NCBI GenBank assembly: GCA_049513715.1
Contig: JBEKVV010000001.1
Span: forward strand, 320,001-384,000
Reading direction: 5' to 3'
Origin: Candidatus Bathyarchaeia archaeon
Lineage (GTDB): Archaea > Thermoproteota > Bathyarchaeia > 40CM-2-53-6
DNA: 64,000 nt
Below the pieces are notes generated by a model, which saw nothing but the letters and a program-made list of their open reading frames with translations, was not told the origin of the DNA and searched no databases. How positions within the stretch are numbered: position 1 is the stretch's first letter; each line of letters starts with the position of its first letter. Made by a program: the position numbers and the translations under genes. Shown piece by piece: positions 10,895 to 20,855 of the stretch.

Positions 10895-11620
10895 CTACCT
10901 TTCCTGATAAGAGTCCAATCGTTGGAGGTATTCTTCCTTTTCGACTAGCCCATCTTTGAGCGAGATGACGTGCTGTGTCCTGTTGGCAATCTCCGCGTTA
11001 TGGGTGACCACTAGTATGGTTGTTCCAAATTCCTTGTTTACCTTGATGAACTGGTCCACCACTTCACTAGTCGTCTTCGAGTCCAAGTTGCCAGTGGGTT
11101 CGTCTGCGATTATTAAGGCCGGTTCTGTAACTAGGGCTCTGGCAATCGCTACTCGCTGTTGCTCTCCGCCACTGAGCTCGGCCGGTCGTTTGTTCGGTTT
11201 GTTTCCCAGGCCGACGGCACTAAGCATCTTCAGTGATTTGCTCTTTCGCACCTTCTCAGGCATGCCTCTGGAGATTAGTGGCATCTCGACGTTCTCGATC
11301 GATGAGAGTCTCTGAATCAAGTTAAAGGATTGGTACACGAAGCCCAGTTTCAGGTTTCGCAGGAGGGCCAGCTTATCCTCGCTCAGTTTTTTCAGATCGA
11401 TTCCGTCGATGATCACTTTGCCTGAGGATGCGGGGTCGAGGGCTCCCACCACGTTGAGGAGTGTGGATTTGCCGCTTCCTGACGGTCCCATTATGGCGAC
11501 AAATTCGCCTTTGTCTATTTTCAAGCTGACGCCTCTTAGCGCGGGGTAGTTCATGTGGCCCACGCGGTAGACCTTGGTCACATCTATGGTCTGAACAGCA
11601 GGCGTAGACTTACTGGGCAA
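10895..11620 (-). CDS. ABC transporter ATP-binding protein (LolD/MacB-like)
   Basis: GPSGSGKST, LSGGEQQRVAIARAL and ADEPTGNLD. Confidence 0.97.
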   Translation of the reverse strand: MPSKSTPAVQTIDVTKVYRVGHMNYPALRGVSLKIDKGEFVAIMGPSGSGKSTLLNVVGALDPASSGKVIIDGIDLKKLSEDKLALLRNLKLGFVYQSFNLIQRLSSIENVEMPLISRGMPEKVRKSKSLKMLSAVGLGNKPNKRPAELSGGEQQRVAIARALVTEPALIIADEPTGNLDSKTTSEVVDQFIKVNKEFGTTILVVTHNAEIANRTQHVISLKDGLVEKEEYLQRLDSYQER

Positions 11621-11628
11621 TTGCTTCC

Positions 11629-11645
11629 AACTACAGTCTATAGTT
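11629..11645. promoter_or_regulatory. Putative BlaI-family operator AACTAC-AGTCT-ATAGTT
   Basis: Palindrome 8 nt upstream of the ABC ATPase start; matches the sites at 7137 and 15755. Confidence 0.65.
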
Positions 11646-11740
11646 TGGAGGGGTGAATTTAGGGGTTACGCCTAGGTTTTTCGTGTTGTTTGGAGCTGCG
11701 CCGGGTAGGGCAATGTTCTCTCTGTGTTTCCGTTTGAATT

Positions 11741-12182
11741 TCAAGTGCTAGTTCTCACCTGTCTGTTACGTTGCTGCTCCTGACTTCCCATTTGGCCACC
11801 GATGAATCCTGCTGCGATCGTGAGGACAGCCAACCACAGGACCGTTAGGTCGACGGTGCCAGGGCTATTCCTATCACTAGCGCCGGGACGGCTGCGATGA
11901 AGCCGACGAGAATCCCATGGAGGGTTCGTTCTATTGCGCCTTGCGCGATACGTGCATAGCAGACCAGACGGTCGCGAACATCACAATGATTGGTGTAGCC
12001 GAAGGGCCGACTTGGACCACGAACTTGGAGATGAGGGTTGAATCAAATTGCCCAGTCCTGATTGCAACCCCGACGGCGTATAGAGTCACCGCCAGGCAGA
12101 GGAAGATGAAAGCGAGGACGGGTGCAGCTATACCTGCGAGGACAACCCGGCGCCAATGAATCTTGGAGATGTCTAGCTTCAC
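11741..12182 (-). pseudogene. Four-TM membrane protein interrupted by two frameshifts
   Basis: The ORF ends ...SRKAQ* at 11931. A -1 frame continues IERTLHGILVGFIAAVPALVIGIA, and a further -1 frame gives GTVDLTVLWLAVLTIAAGFIGG...* at 11741. Confidence 0.6.
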
Positions 12183-12335
12183 GTTTACACCGGCAAACCT
12201 GGGTCATATCTTGTTGTCTTGGTGTTAATCGGTCTCGTAGCCCTCAGACAGTATCTCTCGATACCTAACCTGACTGTTTAGGGGACGAGGTCGGAGACCT
12301 AAGTAAGTGTCCACGCTGGCAGGTAGCGATCTGGA

Positions 12336-12914
12336 CTATCTTACTCGTTCTCCTCGAGGTCGGCTGGGGGGCTTCACGCCGAGGTTACGGGCAAGCTTCC
12401 GCACTTCATCATCCTCCATCCAATCAACTTTCAAGTACTCAAACAACTCCGTGTCCCCCATGCCGAGTCTGCGAGCCTCCTGCACGGCGTGCCTGTATGC
12501 CTCAAGTTCCGTCGGGCGGTCATGGTATTCGAACGTCTCATCGAAAAGCGGCTTGCCCGCTCTAAACTGTTTGACGTGCACGAGCTCATGGACTACGTCT
12601 AGGTACTTGCTTGTTCGATCCCCTTCTCTCAGGTAGTATGCGCTCACAATCAAGTGTCCGTCCTCGTCGCTCACGCCCATGTAACCGAACTTGGAGCTGA
12701 AAAATTCCACCTTCAGCTCTCTCAGCACTCTTTCGGTTTCCTGCCCGAATATTTCCCGGACAGCGGGCACGCTCTCGAATCCTTTGAAAAACTCTGTGAA
12801 ACCATGCATTGCAATTGGCACATTTTCGGGAATCTGAACATCTGGCAAAGCGAATTTCTTTGTCGGCTCCTTCATCACGAATTTCCCCACACTGATAGTG
12901 CAGTTCTGGAACAC
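12336..12914 (-). CDS. Hypothetical protein with an HExxH metallopeptidase-like motif
   Basis: DVVHELVHVKQ followed by PTELEAY. Confidence 0.7.
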   Translation of the reverse strand: MFQNCTISVGKFVMKEPTKKFALPDVQIPENVPIAMHGFTEFFKGFESVPAVREIFGQETERVLRELKVEFFSSKFGYMGVSDEDGHLIVSAYYLREGDRTSKYLDVVHELVHVKQFRAGKPLFDETFEYHDRPTELEAYRHAVQEARRLGMGDTELFEYLKVDWMEDDEVRKLARNLGVKPPSRPRGERVR

Positions 12915-12976
12915 AAGTACTTGTTTCGCAATTTAAGGTCTAAACCTGCGCCCTACAACCCGTCGAGTGAAGTGGT

Positions 12977-14680
12977 CTAACCTTCGAAACCCTGTTTGAA
13001 AGTGGAAGGAAGTGCTGCCTTGAACCATTCGGGTATGAATGGCCACGTATCCTTGACCAGTGAAACGAAACTCCCGTCCACCACGTAAAACCTCGCGGTG
13101 TCGTCTTCGGCCCTAATGGCGCGGCCGTACGCTTGAATGACTTCAAGCATAGCTTGATTCACATACCATTGACGATGCCCTAGCTCAAGCCGCCTCTTCA
13201 CTCTCTTGTCCCCAATGTCCGCGAAGGGAACCTTGAGCAGAATTTGACAATCGCAGATGTCGTACTTCCAGTCTTGGCCCTCGTTGAAGGCGACTGAAAC
13301 GAAAACTTTTCCTCGTGACCGCATCCATTCTTGAAGTTTCTCCTCACGGTCCTTGCCCGTGTGAACAATTAGTCTACTCCTCAGGTTTCGTGACAGGTTT
13401 GCGACTAGTGCTCGTTGGTGCCTGTAGGAATGGCAGTGGATGGCCACGTTCCCGGTTTCTTTCCTGAGAATCTCCTCGATGGCAGCGACTGCCAATGGCA
13501 TGTTGTGATCCCATTGCTGCTTTGAGAGTAGCCCAACGGTCGAGTCAATTATGGGCCTATTCTCTACCGGGAACGTGCTTGGGGCGTCGAGGATTTCGAT
13601 TTCATCCTCCTTCAAGAAGTCGGTCAGCCCGTTGAGTTTTATGTACGCTTGTGGGTCCAGTATTGTTGCAGATGATATGAGATAGTATTCACCGCGCTTC
13701 CACACTAGGTCTTTCATGAATTCTCTTGCGAAAACAGGTTGGAGGAGGAGTTGATCGTTGCGAATCTCCCACACCCATTCTGAATTGGAGAACATGTAGA
13801 GGTGGTAGTTCTCAAGGAATCTCTCTATTACTTTCTTGTTCTCTGCTTCCACGATCGATAGGCCGTTCTGTTCGGTTTTGGTTTCGAGTCGTCCCAGTAT
13901 CAGCTTCAAGTAACCAGCGACATCAGCCAAGAGGACCTCCATCTCCCCCCTTCCATCCACGTTTTTCAAACTCGGGAGAAATTTGTGATAGATTTCATAC
14001 GGAACCGAGAAAGGTGTGAACTTCAAGGAAACGTGGTTGAGACATTGTTCTTCGAGGTTGTGAGATTCGTCTAGCACTAACAGGTCCCGTTTTCCAAGGT
14101 AGGTTTCACTTCCCTCCGTCGTGCCCTCGAAGATCATGTAAGCTAGGCTCATCAGGACACTGGGAGCTTGAAGGGCCAGCTGTTTCTGCATCCAATATGG
14201 GCAGACGTCAAAGCGTTCGCGACAAGGATAATCCTCTGTCTCACATTTACCGAGATGTACACCTCGCTGAGGGCTGTAGTAGCATCGGTAGTTCTGACGT
14301 CCCTTAATCTCAACAAAACGACCTCGTAGGTTGGGGTCTGCGAGTAGCTGGTCGATCAGCGCTAACTGGGGTGTTACGTAGAACGATCTCGTGACTGAAG
14401 TAAACGCAGCGTTGAGATAGCTCTTGCCGAAGCCGGTCGGTGCAGTCACAATCACGCATTTCTTGCCAGACTGAAATGCCTGAACTGTCCCACGAATGAG
14501 GGCCTTCTGATACTGTCTCATGGTTGTGCTTGGAAAATGATCCAACACAACTTCGTCTGTGAGGTCCGAGGGTGACAAAGTCAACTGTTCAAACCTACTT
14601 GCTGCAATCGGGGCGCATCCCGAGCAAACATGCCGATGGGAAGAAATGTAAGCGCCGCATTTCGAACAAAAATCAACCAT
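12977..14680 (-). CDS. DinG/XPD (Rad3)-family Fe-S DNA helicase with an N-terminal Zn ribbon
   Basis: Q motif MRQYQ, APTGFGKS, four-Cys cluster region, LDESHN, SSAT and QAYGRAIR. Confidence 0.92.
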   Translation of the reverse strand: MVDFCSKCGAYISSHRHVCSGCAPIAASRFEQLTLSPSDLTDEVVLDHFPSTTMRQYQKALIRGTVQAFQSGKKCVIVTAPTGFGKSYLNAAFTSVTRSFYVTPQLALIDQLLADPNLRGRFVEIKGRQNYRCYYSPQRGVHLGKCETEDYPCRERFDVCPYWMQKQLALQAPSVLMSLAYMIFEGTTEGSETYLGKRDLLVLDESHNLEEQCLNHVSLKFTPFSVPYEIYHKFLPSLKNVDGRGEMEVLLADVAGYLKLILGRLETKTEQNGLSIVEAENKKVIERFLENYHLYMFSNSEWVWEIRNDQLLLQPVFAREFMKDLVWKRGEYYLISSATILDPQAYIKLNGLTDFLKEDEIEILDAPSTFPVENRPIIDSTVGLLSKQQWDHNMPLAVAAIEEILRKETGNVAIHCHSYRHQRALVANLSRNLRSRLIVHTGKDREEKLQEWMRSRGKVFVSVAFNEGQDWKYDICDCQILLKVPFADIGDKRVKRRLELGHRQWYVNQAMLEVIQAYGRAIRAEDDTARFYVVDGSFVSLVKDTWPFIPEWFKAALPSTFKQGFEG

Positions 14681-14882
14681 TCAAAACACCAAATGCAGCG
14701 CAGGACGTACGCATGAAAATGCCGGCGCACAGTTCGAAGCATAAAGTTAGATAATAGTTTTGAAGGTCGCCGTAGGAAATCGATGCAAGAACAACTGTTT
14801 CGTGCGGACGGCTTTGTTACGCCAAACGATGCCTGATTTAGGCCATGGAGGAAGCAGAGGGGCACTCAGTGTTCCGTTTCGG

Positions 14883-15656
14883 TCACGGTGTTGAGGCCTT
14901 CGGACTATGAACCATAACGCCAGTTGAAGGTTTCCCAAAGTACTTGTAAAGCCAGTACGGAACGATCGTCAAGTCCATCACAAGCATCATGACCACCATA
15001 ACCAATCCCGCCTCCGTTTGCTCGGGTGAAGGGTAGACAGGGTACACGTACATCGTGGTGAAGAGCAGGAAAGCGCCGAATATGCCCATGGCCTTGCCGG
15101 GGACAAGAAGAAGCACATGCCGCATTCTCACAGTCAAGAGACTAGCCCCAATGAACATCAGGGAACCAACCACTGTGAATGTGAAGTGCATCACGATATG
15201 TACCTGATCGTTCAATACGGCGGCGTCGAAGTTAACGGGAATATGCCAGTATGCGGTCAACAGTCCCGCGATAACAAACGTGACGAATCCGCGTTTGTTT
15301 ATGGAAGCGTTGGCCTTCAGCAGCTTCGAGTACGCTGCCGTTAGCGTGCTGGAGAATTTGGAGGAGCCGAGAAGGACCAAGTCTACCCCAGAGGCAATCA
15401 AGAAGCCGCCAGCCAGATAGAAGAAATGCTGGACCACCATGTGCAAGGTCAAAGTCGAATCTAACGATTCCCCGAACGGAGTTAACATGCTCAGGATGCA
15501 GAGCATTCCTAACGAGGCTCTGAGCGCTCCCCGTTTGATGGTATTCAGAGCGTATTGAGAACTCATAGATGGTCCCACGGGTTTGCACAGGTGCGCGCTG
15601 CAGTTTTCCGCCGGCCTATTAAGCGCACTTCTGTCGCCAGCCAAGTGCAAAGCCAA
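14883..15656 (-). CDS. DUF1404/CtaG-like membrane protein
   Basis: HMVVQH, YWHIP..FDAA and HIVMH motifs, multiple TM helices. Start is probably at MSSQY (about 15566). Confidence 0.75.
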   Translation of the reverse strand: MALHLAGDRSALNRPAENCSAHLCKPVGPSMSSQYALNTIKRGALRASLGMLCILSMLTPFGESLDSTLTLHMVVQHFFYLAGGFLIASGVDLVLLGSSKFSSTLTAAYSKLLKANASINKRGFVTFVIAGLLTAYWHIPVNFDAAVLNDQVHIVMHFTFTVVGSLMFIGASLLTVRMRHVLLLVPGKAMGIFGAFLLFTTMYVYPVYPSPEQTEAGLVMVVMMLVMDLTIVPYWLYKYFGKPSTGVMVHSPKASTP

Positions 15657-15754
15657 AATTGGTGACGCCTGCCGTTGATTTCATTCGCTCAACTTGTTTG
15701 GCCTCGCCCGTTTGGGAGCGGGTGAGGATGATTCGTCCATTCCAATTAAATACT

Positions 15755-15771
15755 AACTACGAGGCGTAGTT
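15755..15771. promoter_or_regulatory. Perfect palindromic operator AACTAC-GAGGC-GTAGTT
   Basis: Just downstream of a TATA-like AATTAAATA, between the divergent DUF1404-like and C2H2 genes. Confidence 0.7.
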
Positions 15772-15788
15772 TTCCTTAAGCTCGGGTT

Positions 15789-16100
15789 ATGGGTATGTTT
15801 CGGGCATTCCAGAATTCTGAAACGGGGGATTCCGACGTTCAGCTGCCTCTCGTCGGGTTATACTCGTGTCTTTACTGCGAGAGACGCTTTAGCATTAAAC
15901 ATGGACTCAAGCAGCATTATCGCAAGAGACACAGAAGTTGCATGCCTGATTATGAGGGAGCGAAGACTGTGCTTGTTAGGAGTGCGACTCGGGCCAGGGA
16001 CGCTGTTGAGCGAATAGCCACACGCTGTTCCGATGTGCCCAGTTCGACCAGCCAATTGATCGTCCTATTCATCCTAGTGCTGATTTGTTACGGAACATAG
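15789..16100 (+). CDS. Small C2H2 zinc-finger protein
   Basis: YSCLYCERRFSIKHGLKQHYRKRH. Confidence 0.65.
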   Translation: MGMFRAFQNSETGDSDVQLPLVGLYSCLYCERRFSIKHGLKQHYRKRHRSCMPDYEGAKTVLVRSATRARDAVERIATRCSDVPSSTSQLIVLFILVLICYGT

Positions 16101-16164
16101 CATCTTTGCAACGTATGTTTGGCAGCGTTGTGCGACGTATGATTAGAAATATGCATTCACTTTC

Positions 16165-17502
16165 CTAATTGGGCTTATTTAGCGCAGACTTCTTTGTGCG
16201 AGCTCTCATTATCGTGACAGTCGCTAAGGCAACTGCGAGTGTAACGACTAACAGCAAGCCTATCCAAAGTTCAAGTGTGCTTTCAGTCAACGGTGTTGGT
16301 TGATTCGTTGTCTGGATGTTTGTGAGGCCGCTTGTCGTTGTCTCCGTGCCTACAGAATAAGCGTTTTCTGGAACAGTTATTGAGATAGATTTGGTTGTCG
16401 TCAATCCATCGCTTTGTAAGGCTTTGATGAGGATAAGATAGGTGCCCGGTTTGGCGTAGGCGTGCGTTGCGGGGAATCCGTGGTCTGAAGACGTGTCGTC
16501 CCCCCAATTCCAATTTACATTGCTTATGGTTGCACTTTGGTTCCCCGGGATTGCGACGCCTTCGATTCTTACTGTGAGATTGTCGGCGAATATTTTCCTT
16601 GCGAAGAATATGATTTCTGGAGATTCAAATAGAGTGCTTTGTTTCTTGATGTAGTAGTTCTCGGAACCGTTCAATGTGACGGTCATATCTTGGCCTTGTG
16701 TCTGAGAGATTAGGCCGTATACTTCGACGTGGTCCCCCAAAGTGATGTTGTAATCCACGAATCCAGGGGGATAATTCGGTGTGTAGGAAATAGCGAATAG
16801 CTGGACCTTCACGGTGACGTTTCTAATGTCCGGTCCGAAATAGATCTGGTCAACCTGTACGTCCCAGGCATAAACTCCTCCTACAGGGTAAAGGTATGTT
16901 CTGACTACTTTGCCATTGAACCTGACTTCTTCGATCGTACTCGTGTTGAAGGAGTACGTTCTTGTGAGGGTGAAAGGTGTCTTCTCGACCACCTCGAACG
17001 GAGCGGTTTCTGTGACGGCCCTTGACCCTTGTTGGGCTATGGTCTCTATTTTCCAAGCTCCAATTGGGTATTCAGCGTCAACATAATCCACGAAAGTTCC
17101 AGCGCTCATTGGGGCAACCATTCGATTCCAAACCGAGCCGTTGGGTGTTATCAGATTAAGTGTGAATGAGCAATTTTGACTCACATAGACATAGAATTTG
17201 ATCTGTTCCCCAACGGGGTAAGTTCCAATCGAGACGTTTTGTCCCCGACCAGCAGTGTCGGTGTAAATGTCAACCGCAAGCCCCCTGGACGAAGTTGAAT
17301 TCATTGAATCAGCGCGGACCTGAAGGTGGTTCATTTCGACCAAGACAGGAGAAGACAGTGTATTGACGAGGGTATTGTTGCTAGCAAAGCTCAGCAGGCT
17401 AACGACAAGAATCAGAATGTAGATGAACGATTTCGGAAGCATTCTCCCGGCAACATTGGGATTCAAAGGACAACCACTAACGTTCTGAGAGTGCAATTGC
17501 AA
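16165..17502 (-). CDS. Membrane-anchored surface protein with a PKD domain
   Basis: Signal peptide (start probably MLPKS), WNWGDD...THAYAKPGTY PKD motif, Thr-rich linker, C-terminal TM helix and basic tail. Confidence 0.85.
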   Translation of the reverse strand: MQLHSQNVSGCPLNPNVAGRMLPKSFIYILILVVSLLSFASNNTLVNTLSSPVLVEMNHLQVRADSMNSTSSRGLAVDIYTDTAGRGQNVSIGTYPVGEQIKFYVYVSQNCSFTLNLITPNGSVWNRMVAPMSAGTFVDYVDAEYPIGAWKIETIAQQGSRAVTETAPFEVVEKTPFTLTRTYSFNTSTIEEVRFNGKVVRTYLYPVGGVYAWDVQVDQIYFGPDIRNVTVKVQLFAISYTPNYPPGFVDYNITLGDHVEVYGLISQTQGQDMTVTLNGSENYYIKKQSTLFESPEIIFFARKIFADNLTVRIEGVAIPGNQSATISNVNWNWGDDTSSDHGFPATHAYAKPGTYLILIKALQSDGLTTTKSISITVPENAYSVGTETTTSGLTNIQTTNQPTPLTESTLELWIGLLLVVTLAVALATVTIMRARTKKSALNKPN

Positions 17503-17743
17503 ATTCCGTGTTCTTAGAGGTTGTTGCCATTTCCGGCTTTACATTGTCTAGTTATGGCGTCAACGGCAACTACGTGTAGCCTTCGGAATTATATTGTGCT
17601 AGCGGACTATGGACATGGGGGTGGGCCGCTATGATTTCTAGGCTACAAGAACTCCCGAGTGCACCCGAAGGCGGACCCCAAGCGGCGCCGGTTGTTTTCT
17701 TACATCAAGCAAATGCCGCGCACGGTCTCAGCAATACCTCACA

Positions 17744-18250
17744 CTAGTAGAACGAGTCGTTGTTTTCTCGCAGCTGGTCAGGTATCACTTCGTGTGGAAT
17801 TTTGTCGCCGTGGTTGTTGAAGGCTGCGATGTCATTGTATGATTGGAATGGGTGCGCTGTGATCACCATTACTCGACCATAGAAGTGGTTCAAGTCGTGG
17901 ATAGATGGTTGGAGGGCGCCGGAGGGATGCGAATGCGAAACGCCCATCACACTGAGATCCATTGGGAGCATAAAGTTCGAGAAACCCGAGAATCCACGCC
18001 CATGCGTAGCCAGGGGAGGAATCAAAACCTCGTGGATCGATATCTGGTCTTTCTCCGCTTTTCCGCGTAAGAGAAGAATCGTCTCTCTCGGGTACATATC
18101 AAGTGCAGAGGTGAGAATACTGTCAGCTACTGACTTTTCGAGTCGAACAAGACTAATCATAGTAATCGCTTTTCGATACGATTGTTTCGGGTCTATGTTT
18201 TGCTTCTGCTCGTGCGGAGCAGTCTGCGCACAAATTCCTTTGGACTGCAA
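17744..18250 (-). CDS. JAMM/MPN (Mov34) metalloprotease
   Basis: YPRE plus the HSHPSG...PS..D JAMM motif. Start is probably at MISLV (about 18160). Confidence 0.9.
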   Translation of the reverse strand: MQSKGICAQTAPHEQKQNIDPKQSYRKAITMISLVRLEKSVADSILTSALDMYPRETILLLRGKAEKDQISIHEVLIPPLATHGRGFSGFSNFMLPMDLSVMGVSHSHPSGALQPSIHDLNHFYGRVMVITAHPFQSYNDIAAFNNHGDKIPHEVIPDQLRENNDSFY

Positions 18251-18721
18251 AATGTCGCGGGCGAAAGCACATCGACTAACAATTTTGACCGGGGTGTATG
18301 TTTCAAGTCTGCAACAACAGTTAAGGGGATTTCACGTTTGCTTTAACGTTGGGCATTATCCCCGACCCCAATTCAGTTCTTGGTGTGTTGTATCACGAAA
18401 GCAGCATCTTGTAGATGTGGAAGATAAAGAACTCGGATGGCTCAAAGTCAGATGCCGGCACTTTGGCTGAGCTAAGGACGTAAACCAAGAAAATTCGGAT
18501 ACTCGAATAGGTAGTTCGTATGCACATTTCAAGCGGTATGTGGCTCATGCCAACCAAGCATCCATTACATGGGCGAGTTGCCAACCTGATAGCAAATTCC
18601 TCCGGATAATCTCCAACCGGAACTGCGATTAGGGCCGACGCATATTGTGTATTTGCCGGTTTGATGGATAACCATCGAAACAACGGAAAACACAGGCCGC
18701 ACTGATTTCGACGGAATTCTA

Positions 18722-19039
18722 GTGGCAACGGTAGAGGAGACTATTGCGGCCGTCCTCGGTAGGTCTGTCTCGGAAGCATTCACAAACCACTTGCAGGCTT
18801 TCATAGGGATCTCTATAGATGAAATGCCCTCACATCTTGGTGCCCTCTTTGAGTCATTAAATGGGTCGTTTGGAATAGGTGGAAATACCCTTGGAAGGTC
18901 AATTGTAAGAAACCTTTACCGCAAATACAGTGTGCAATTCACGGAGACTACGGGGCGGACACTAGCAGAATACGTTGAAGATCTGAAGAGTAGACTATGG
19001 GATGGCCGGATGCCCAGTTCGAGTGGGAATCCAGCTTGA
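18722..19039 (+). CDS. DUF3227/NitrOD5-like small protein
   Basis: VEETIAAVLG...FESLNGSFG.GG..LGRSIVRNLY; similar pattern to 3185..3625. Confidence 0.55.
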   Translation: MATVEETIAAVLGRSVSEAFTNHLQAFIGISIDEMPSHLGALFESLNGSFGIGGNTLGRSIVRNLYRKYSVQFTETTGRTLAEYVEDLKSRLWDGRMPSSSGNPA

Positions 19040-19830
19040 GTAAGGCTGATCGGTTGTCACTGTGGTCAGCATATAACACAACACTCCTGATCGCGATTGT
19101 GATTTCAATTGTGTACTTTTTCAATCAGTCAAACAGGATCCTGCTGACCTTTTCAATCGCCTTGTCTCCGACGGTTGTCTTCGGTGCACTGGTCATGGCG
19201 ATCTTGACCGTGATTCAGGTTGGTCTTAGGAGAGATGATAGGCTCACGGTTGTCTGGTTCAGTTTCATGCTGGCTCTGTTTCTCTGGTTTCTCTCAGAAG
19301 TGATCTTCTATTGGTACCCACTTGCGGTCGGCATAACGCCTCCATACCCATCGCTTGCAGATGCGTTTGACCTTGCTGCCTATCTACCGCTCATGGTTGG
19401 GCTGTTAATGCAAATATGGCCTTTCAGAGCGGAGGCTGTCGCGGAATGGAAAACGAGAGCAGTTATCGTAGTTGTAGTAATCGTCTCCGTGGTTGGACTT
19501 TGGCTTTTACTACCCCCCATATTCCGGGAAGGGCATGATCTTTCAGGAGCGTTTGTGAGTTTGGCTTATCCCATCCTTGATGTTATAGCACTGTCAATAG
19601 CCCTTTCGAGTTTGATGATTTTCGCGAGGGGCACTTTTTGGAGGCCGTACATATTTCTCATCATAGGCCTTGTGCTCGCATGCGCAGCCGACATCTATTC
19701 AGGATTTGTCAATCTTTCGGGAACATATTACTCGGGCCATCCCTTGGAACTGATTTTCGATTTCGCGTTTCTCTCCGTAGCACTGGGCTTCTATCTGAGA
19801 AGAAAACAGTACTTAACTAAACTACTGTAA
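18997..19830 (+). CDS. Multi-TM membrane protein resembling stand-alone membrane sensor domains
   Basis: PYPSLADAFDLAAY and LAYPILD motifs like those in TM input regions of GGDEF proteins and kinases; no output domain. Confidence 0.7.
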   Translation: MGWPDAQFEWESSLSKADRLSLWSAYNTTLLIAIVISIVYFFNQSNRILLTFSIALSPTVVFGALVMAILTVIQVGLRRDDRLTVVWFSFMLALFLWFLSEVIFYWYPLAVGITPPYPSLADAFDLAAYLPLMVGLLMQIWPFRAEAVAEWKTRAVIVVVVIVSVVGLWLLLPPIFREGHDLSGAFVSLAYPILDVIALSIALSSLMIFARGTFWRPYIFLIIGLVLACAADIYSGFVNLSGTYYSGHPLELIFDFAFLSVALGFYLRRKQYLTKLL

Positions 19831-20141
19831 CCAATTCTCTAGACGACATCCAAAGAGAGCTGAAATATGCGAAGCATGATAAATCCACGGAGCCGGAGTC
19901 AACAATCCATAGTTTACCTAGCTGGTCAAAACTCAAGGCGACATGTCCATCCGTAGTGCTGGTCGTAATCTAGGATTCTTGGTGATGTCGGTGGGATTTG
20001 TACCCACCACTATCGTGGGTGCAGTGCAGACACCCTCTGGTTTGGCTAGAAACGTTTCAACCTCGAAGGAATGTTTTCCGGAAAGGCGTAATCCGCTGTT
20101 CTCCCGTCACCTTGTCCGCGTGCTCCGCCCGGATGGTGGGT

Positions 20142-20373
20142 TGGTGCGGGGAGTGGGACATTCGCCACACCACTGGGTTCGTCCGAAACGCCAGTGGGTT
20201 GGATTCGAACCCACGAAGGCCTACGCCACGGGATAGCTCACCCGCGCGCGAAGCCTCACGGCCTTTTACGCGAATCTTGAGTGTAGCGCGCGTGGCCAAG
20301 CGTAGGCATAACGCATGCCGCACGCAAACGCAGCACGCGACCCGCCCATTTGACCTGGCTCTGGTATCCCCGC
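20142..20373 (-). tRNA. tRNA-Leu(CAA) with three BHB introns (30/31, 37/38, 59/60) and encoded CCA
   Basis: Removing 20283-20340, 20235-20275 and 20159-20203 gives an 88-nt cloverleaf: GCGGGGA TA CCAGAGCCAGGTCAAATGG G CGGGA CTCAAGA TCCCG TGGCGTAGGCCTTC GTGGG TTCGAAT CCCAC TCCCCGC A CCA. Confidence 0.93.
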
Positions 20374-20495
20374 ACCTCAGGCCCTAGAGCGAAGAATCAA
20401 CAAATAAGCCCTGTCCCTTTTCTTACCGCTAAGACTCGGCATTTCATAGGTGAGCAAATATAGCCGACAAACGCTCGTAATTCGTTAGATTAGAG

Positions 20496-20855
20496 TTGCC
20501 AGTCTCGCGCAGATTCGAAACCTACTTAGTCGGCTCGGTCATGCTGTTGCTAGGCCTTATCCTGGTTTCGTACTTGGCCGGCTTTGTTGCGGGCAACCAG
20601 ACCCCTGCTCTTTTCCTGATTGGGGTTGGAGTGATCTTCTCAATCATGGCTGTTATGAAAACGAAAGTTCGCGGGTCGTATGAGATGTCGCCGAGAACAA
20701 CTCTGGCTTACGGTGCATTAGCGCTCGTAATCGGTGTTCTTTGGGTTTCAGTGTCCGCTCAGGCGGTGTTGGCTGGTTACGCCTTAGCGGCAATGCTGGT
20801 TTTCTTTGGGCTGGTCTTCTTGGCCTATACTCGGTTTAAGCGACCTTCAACTTAG
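20496..20855 (+). CDS. Four-TM membrane protein
   Basis: Four hydrophobic helices. Confidence 0.75.
   Translation: MPVSRRFETYLVGSVMLLLGLILVSYLAGFVAGNQTPALFLIGVGVIFSIMAVMKTKVRGSYEMSPRTTLAYGALALVIGVLWVSVSAQAVLAGYALAAMLVFFGLVFLAYTRFKRPST

Noticed and set aside
17568..17579. Fourth BlaI-type operator (AACTAC-GT-GTAG)
   Set aside because: The spacer is 2 nt rather than 5 and the right arm is incomplete.
19943..20387. ORFs 19943..20236, 19998..20387 and 20057..20323
   Set aside because: They overlap the intron-containing tRNA-Leu and have no protein motifs.
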